From Pelagomonas calceolata (Eukaryota): a DNA stretch of 64,000 nt. Each line of letters opens with the position of its first letter. Position 1 is the first letter of the stretch. The notes under the pieces were generated by a model. The model ran no database searches, was not told the origin of the DNA, and saw nothing but the letters and a program-made list of their open reading frames with translations. Positions 59,088 to 64,000 of this stretch are shown here, piece by piece. Position numbers and translations under genes: made by a program. Where the stretch lies: the NCBI GenBank assembly GCA_918797485.1, contig CAKKNE010000005.1:682001-746000 (forward strand). Reading direction: 5' to 3'.

Positions 59088-60756
59088 CTAAATTTCTAAC
59101 GCCGCCCCCTTCTCGTACGACGTCACGGCGAACCGCCTTCGTCTATTCAAGTGGTCGCCCCGCGACATCCCCCGGATCAGGCTCATGTCCATGAAGTCCG
59201 CGCCCGCCGTCGACGGCCGCCGCCCGCGCGGGTCGTCCCAGATGGCCGCCGGCGCCGAGAAGACGGAAGGGTTCCCCTCGACATTTCTAGCGCTTCCATT
59301 TTTCCGCCTCCTACATCGAGTATCAACAGACGCGGACGCCGTCACGGGTCGTCTAACACGCGGCCGCCGCACCGGAGAAATCAGCTTCTCGGGCTCCAGT
59401 TCCTTCAGGCGCTTCTTCTCGAGGATCTTCTCGAATTTATATAGAGGATCCTTCGACGACATCGACGCTAATTCGGCCTCCCTCACGCTATCTTCTTCAC
59501 TCAACCGTATGGAAGGTACCAAGCGGATGGGCCCCTCTCCTTTAATAGAGCGCAGCATGTTATTGAGTTCTTCATCATTGGGCTGCAAGAACCGCTGAGC
59601 TACCGTTAGTCGTCGGCCGCCCGTCCGCCCGTCACTAATCACTCGTTCGAACTCGACCTTGTCCAAAGCTAGGAGCGTACAATCGGTCACGGCCGACACG
59701 GTGGCCGTCCTCAGACCTCTATTAGCAAACGCCAGTTCCCCGAAGCACTCGCCCTTTTTTTATGGGCTTCTGCGGTACTAATTCGTGGCTACTTCGACCG
59801 ACCGTCTCCCACGTATTGATAGAGGTAGGCCACCGGTTGATGCCCTGGCGCACGACGTCCTTGACCACGGCACATTCCCCGTCCAAGATGAAGAAAATAT
59901 CATGGGCCACATCCCCTTGTGTAACTATAACGGTACCCTTCTTGATCTCCAGCCTTCTTACTAGTTGACAGATGCGCTGCACTCGCCGCTTCGCCCAGGT
60001 CATGAACAGGGGCGTATTTCGCAGTAAAAAATACGCTCGTCGCACTTCCCCTTCCCTGTAGGTCTTGAGGAGCTCGTCGTATTCCGTTTTTCTCAACTCT
60101 AGTAATTCCAGGAACTCTGACGTGGCCATCACGGTAGCGTTTCGAGGCGACGCGCCTTCATCTAGAGCTGCCTCGCCGAACGAATCACCGACCCTCAGAG
60201 AAGCGACCTTCGTGCCCCCTCGTAGTTCGTGCTCGCCCGTCAACAAGCCACCCTTGATCACGGCAGCTTCCCCATTCACCACAATGTAGAACGTGGCCCC
60301 GACGTCGCCTTCCCGTACAACCAATTGCCGTTGCGCAAATTTTCGTAAGCAAGCCATCCGCGCGACTCGTCGCGTGCACTCCCCACCCAATTCTCTGGTT
60401 TTCGGCCAGACCTCATAGAGAAAAGCCATGATAATGGCAATGTCCTCACTCGATCTTGCGAGCGGTGCCCTTCTCATCGCCTCCATCACTAAGTAGTTCT
60501 GGACCACGTCGCACGCTTCTTGGTAGTCGTCCCTTTCTAGGATGGTGGAGGGATAGATGTCGGCCTTGTCGTAGCCCTTCGGCATGGGATGTTTTGGGTT
60601 TATATATCGTTCTCGCTTTTCGCGCTGGGTCCGGCGCATGACGGGGCTTACCATGCTGTGGTCCGAGAAGCGCGACCGGTCGCTTCCGAGGGGTTGGGCG
60701 TCTGCATAGGGTGGGGCGTCTTGCCAGAGCTCGGCTTGGAGGGTGCGGTCCTTCAT
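59088..60756 (-). CDS. Protein with two cNMP-binding domains; 1-nt frameshift at 59755-59761
   Basis: GDSFGEAAL..PRNATV in domain 1; domain 2 KKGECFGELAF..LRTATV is restored by removing one A from an A7 run. Confidence 0.85.
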
Positions 60757-61237
60757 TTTGCGGCGCTGTGGGTTGTTTAGATGTTGTTTGGTTGCAGCCG
60801 AGGTCCTGGAGCGGCGCCGGGCGCTGTGGTGGCTGCTGGGCTTGTGCGGTCCCGGCCCGGTGTTGGGGCTGCACCGCTTGTGCGGGCAGCACGGCGGGCA
60901 AGAATGGAGCGCGTGTGGCGCGTGCCGGGGCTCCCGGGCTGCCGCAGCGCCGCACGACTCTCTGTGCTCAAATGCGCTGCAGAGCTAGAGCCGAACCCGC
61001 GCCAAGTGCCGCTGCGAAACCAGAGGCCTCCGGAGCGATGCGGCACCGCGACGACGCGCTGGGGACGGCTGGTGCGTCTCCAAGCCGGCCGCCGCGACGG
61101 CGCTCTGCAAAGCGCCTCAGCCTCAGCCCTCCAGCCTCGGCCGAACGGCAGCGAGCGCAGCGATGCCGCCGCGGAGGTGACCCATCAAGTACGACCGCTG
61201 CTGCCCGAGACCGCTGCCGTCGCGACCGCAGCGATAC

Positions 61238-62668
61238 ATGGCTGCCCGCATAGCACTCTGGTGGTGCCTCACCACCGTCGCAGCCGCCCGCGAGTGGGCC
61301 GTGAGCGACCGCTTCACGGGCCCCGTCGAGCACAAGCCCGGCGACGTCAGTCTCGGCTTCCGCATCCCGCGGAACAACTCGGAAACGCTGCCCAACGTCG
61401 AGCCGGAGATCGATTTGTGGGTAGATGATCATGCGAGCTTCATGGAGTCGGTCGGGCGGTACGCGGAGCTCTGTTGCCGGTTGGATGGGATGGACCTGGG
61501 CTGCGACGAAATTGGAAGCACGCGCATCACGTTACCTCCCAAGTTATCTCTCGGTCTGCATGAACTGGCTTGTGATTTAGTGGATGTCGCGACGCGGAGG
61601 GAGCTTCTCACGTACGGCACGACGCTGTGCCGGTGGACGGTCGTAGAACACGTCAACCAGACCACTGAAGGTAGGCGGTTAGTCGAGCTCGCTGATGAGC
61701 AACGTATGATGGATGAGCCTCTCTATCGGTGGTGGCGCGGGCAGGGCCCTCTCCCGTGGTCCCTTCCACAGTACCCGTGGGCCTTGTCACGAGTGGAGAA
61801 GCCTCTACTTATTGTTGGAGTCAAGTGCGCGGCATCGGCCATCTCGCAGCGCGACGCGATGCGCCGGACCTGGCTGAGTGACGCGCCGGCCGACGGCTCG
61901 CTGGTCGTGAGGTTCGTCATAGGACGCGCCGAGGACCCCTACGTCGCCCGAGCGTTACAGAGGGAACTCGAAGTCTACAACGACGTCCTCATACCACCTT
62001 TTCTGGACCTCGAAGACGGCTACAAGTCGCTCGTGCCGAAGACCAAGGCCTTCGCGTCGTACGCCTTCACTCAATATCCATCGGCGTCCTACGTCATGCT
62101 CTGCGACGACGACGTCCTCGTGGACGTTGAAAGATTATTGGAGGCGATGACCACGGGCTCGCTCCCTTCGCGTCGCTTCTACGCGGGCCAGGTCTGGGCC
62201 GAGCACTTCCGGAAGCCGACGCTGCCGCAACGGTCGACGACGCATCGGAACTATTTGCCGGAAGCCGTGTACCCCATGTCCCAATTACCACCATTTGCCA
62301 TCGGGCCTCACTATTTATTGTCGATGGACTGTGCTGAATTTATCCATAAAAACAAAGATGATCTAGCGGGCGTGGGCACGCTGGAAGACGTCTCCGTGGC
62401 GCTGTGGTTGCTCGCCTTGCAGGTGCATCCGCAACATAGTGAACAGTTCACCAATGCCCGTTTGTTCGGCTGCGAGGCCTATTCCGTCTCCATCGCCGAC
62501 CTTACGTCGAGGGGCATCCGGGCGATCCACGCGAACCGAAAGAACGGGCGCGATGCGTGCGAGGGCTACGAGGAGCTCGCGTGGGTCAAGACGCCGCGGT
62601 TCAAGCTGCAGACGCCGGACGCTCTTTATGCGGTGCCTGTGGGGGCGGATGGTCTCGCGCCGGATTAA
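61238..62668 (+). CDS. GT31-family beta-1,3-galactosyltransferase
   Basis: RDAMRRTW, FVIG, DGYKSLVPKT, CDDD, PPFAIG, EDV; signal peptide. Confidence 0.88.
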   Translation: MAARIALWWCLTTVAAAREWAVSDRFTGPVEHKPGDVSLGFRIPRNNSETLPNVEPEIDLWVDDHASFMESVGRYAELCCRLDGMDLGCDEIGSTRITLPPKLSLGLHELACDLVDVATRRELLTYGTTLCRWTVVEHVNQTTEGRRLVELADEQRMMDEPLYRWWRGQGPLPWSLPQYPWALSRVEKPLLIVGVKCAASAISQRDAMRRTWLSDAPADGSLVVRFVIGRAEDPYVARALQRELEVYNDVLIPPFLDLEDGYKSLVPKTKAFASYAFTQYPSASYVMLCDDDVLVDVERLLEAMTTGSLPSRRFYAGQVWAEHFRKPTLPQRSTTHRNYLPEAVYPMSQLPPFAIGPHYLLSMDCAEFIHKNKDDLAGVGTLEDVSVALWLLALQVHPQHSEQFTNARLFGCEAYSVSIADLTSRGIRAIHANRKNGRDACEGYEELAWVKTPRFKLQTPDALYAVPVGADGLAPD

Positions 62669-62776
62669 TAAGGTTGTTTATGATACTGAGGGGTCCTACT
62701 GAACGAACGGGTTTTACACTGAATTTTTACATTTTACGAGCAAGATACCCGCCAGGCCTCACGAATCGACCGGGAA

Positions 62777-64000
62777 ATGTACCTCCTCACGACCTGTGCT
62801 TCCTGCGCGGCGCCTCTGGGCTCCAAAAGAGCCAAGCAATGCAGTAGATGCAAGACTCGCTACTGCAGCGCGACTTGTCAGCGGGACCACTGGGCGCGCG
62901 GCCATCAATCTCTCTGTAAGAAGATAAAAAAAGCAGGCGACGCGGAAACGTATCACGCCAACGAAAAATATAAGGTGGCCGTCGCGGTCGCGGTCGCGGC
63001 GTGCGCGGAGGACACTAAAGGCCAGACGTGCTACATCTGCAAGGAGGCCATCCAAAGGGTTAACGAGGAGGGCCTCGTGAGCGGGCATTGTGCGTGCCGT
63101 GGACCGGCGGGCTTTGTGCATGTGGGGTGTTTGGTGCATCAGTCGGTCACTTTGATTCATGATGAGGCAATGGATAAATCGGTAGCCGCAACAAAGAATG
63201 CGGCTTACAGAAAGCTTGGCCCCAAGTGGAGGCGGCTGTGGTTCAACTGCCCAAGGTGCAAGGGAGAATACTGCGGCGACGTGCAAATCGCTCTCGGATG
63301 GTCGTGTTGGTGTAGCCACCGCTTAAATCAGAGGGATGAGATGGTGAATCAAGAAGCCTATTCTATCTTTGCTCGGATATCGGTGCGAGCACTCGCGTTG
63401 CGCTTGTTCGCAAAGAAACACTTCGAGGAAGCACGCGCGTTGTATTTGGCATTGCTCAACTCGGTCCCCCCAGGTACTCTTACGATGGACACCGGTTCTA
63501 CCGAAGCCTCACTTGAAAGGGAAGAGACTATCGGCGATATGGATAAATTGGCAATATGCCACGGAAAACTCGGCCGAGCCGACGATGAGCTCACTGCCAG
63601 AAAATTGGTTCATCATGCGACGAGATCACTTTTCGGCCGGAGGGCCACATACGCTACAGCTATAAAATTAGCTTCGGTACTCCTCGACCAGCATTATGTC
63701 CACGACGCGCTGGAACTTTTGTCTGATATCTGCCCCGACGTCGCGGGGGACCTGGGTTTCGACCACCATCTCACCGTCGAGCTGTTTCATCTCTTATGCC
63801 GTGCCCGCTGGATGCATCACTTTTATGGACGTGAAGGCTACCGCGACGATCTTCGAGAGGCGGTGACCGAGCTGTTGGGTTTGCTCGGGTTAAATCTGAC
63901 CTGGGAAGTGTCCCAGCCAATCCGGAATACGCTACGTCTAGCGCTGACGCATCAGCTCGATTGGAGCTTAGAGGATCTCAATCTCGACCCTTCCGAGCTT
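62777..64000 (+). CDS. MYND zinc finger + RINGv + TPR-like protein (runs off the window end)
   Basis: My translation, absent from the ORF track: CASC..CSRCKTRYCSATCQRDHWARGHQSLC; CYIC...CACRG..GFVHVGCL...CPRC..ALGWSCW; DDLREAV; 408 codons without a stop. Confidence 0.85.
   Translation, partial: MYLLTTCASCAAPLGSKRAKQCSRCKTRYCSATCQRDHWARGHQSLCKKIKKAGDAETYHANEKYKVAVAVAVAACAEDTKGQTCYICKEAIQRVNEEGLVSGHCACRGPAGFVHVGCLVHQSVTLIHDEAMDKSVAATKNAAYRKLGPKWRRLWFNCPRCKGEYCGDVQIALGWSCWCSHRLNQRDEMVNQEAYSIFARISVRALALRLFAKKHFEEARALYLALLNSVPPGTLTMDTGSTEASLEREETIGDMDKLAICHGKLGRADDELTARKLVHHATRSLFGRRATYATAIKLASVLLDQHYVHDALELLSDICPDVAGDLGFDHHLTVELFHLLCRARWMHHFYGREGYRDDLREAVTELLGLLGLNLTWEVSQPIRNTLRLALTHQLDWSLEDLNLDPSEL

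Noticed and set aside
45514..60756. Functional cluster of centriole/flagellar genes (CCDC81-like, C2CD3, cNMP protein)
   Set aside because: Interspersed with unrelated genes; such density is unremarkable in a flagellate

Overview
Gene-dense, GC-rich eukaryotic nuclear DNA with about 45 protein-coding genes or gene fragments, short intergenic gaps and few introns. Bipartite plastid-targeting peptides, introns that look like short TIR transposons, and DUF285 and MYND/RING/TPR families suggest a pelagophyte alga (Pelagomonas/Aureococcus-like); this is inference, not a database result. Recognisable genes include an atypical MAPK, patatin, SDR, eIF1, mS34, an F-box SNF2 ATPase, ELMO-PH, RsmH, DnaJA, glutamate-cysteine ligase, prefoldin 3, C2CD3, CCDC81-like, a cNMP-binding protein and a GT31 galactosyltransferase. 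Two non-coding systems stand out. (1) Introner elements: six introns are TIR elements with 8-bp target-site duplications, all of 3n length, and all 12 introns I could resolve carry a CACGCCATCGACGCG-like core in either orientation. (2) A 20-26 bp element with two CTAG boxes (consensus GCTAGCGGCCTGTAAGACACTAGC) occurs once in about 20 intergenic regions, nearly all promoter-containing, and is almost absent from convergent gaps and CDS. Also noted: cyclophilin-MsrB and methyltransferase-VPS35L fusions, 5'-truncated TPR copies flanking an AT-rich filler, and two frameshifts. I recognised no rRNA, tRNA or CRISPR. All coordinates were counted by eye.
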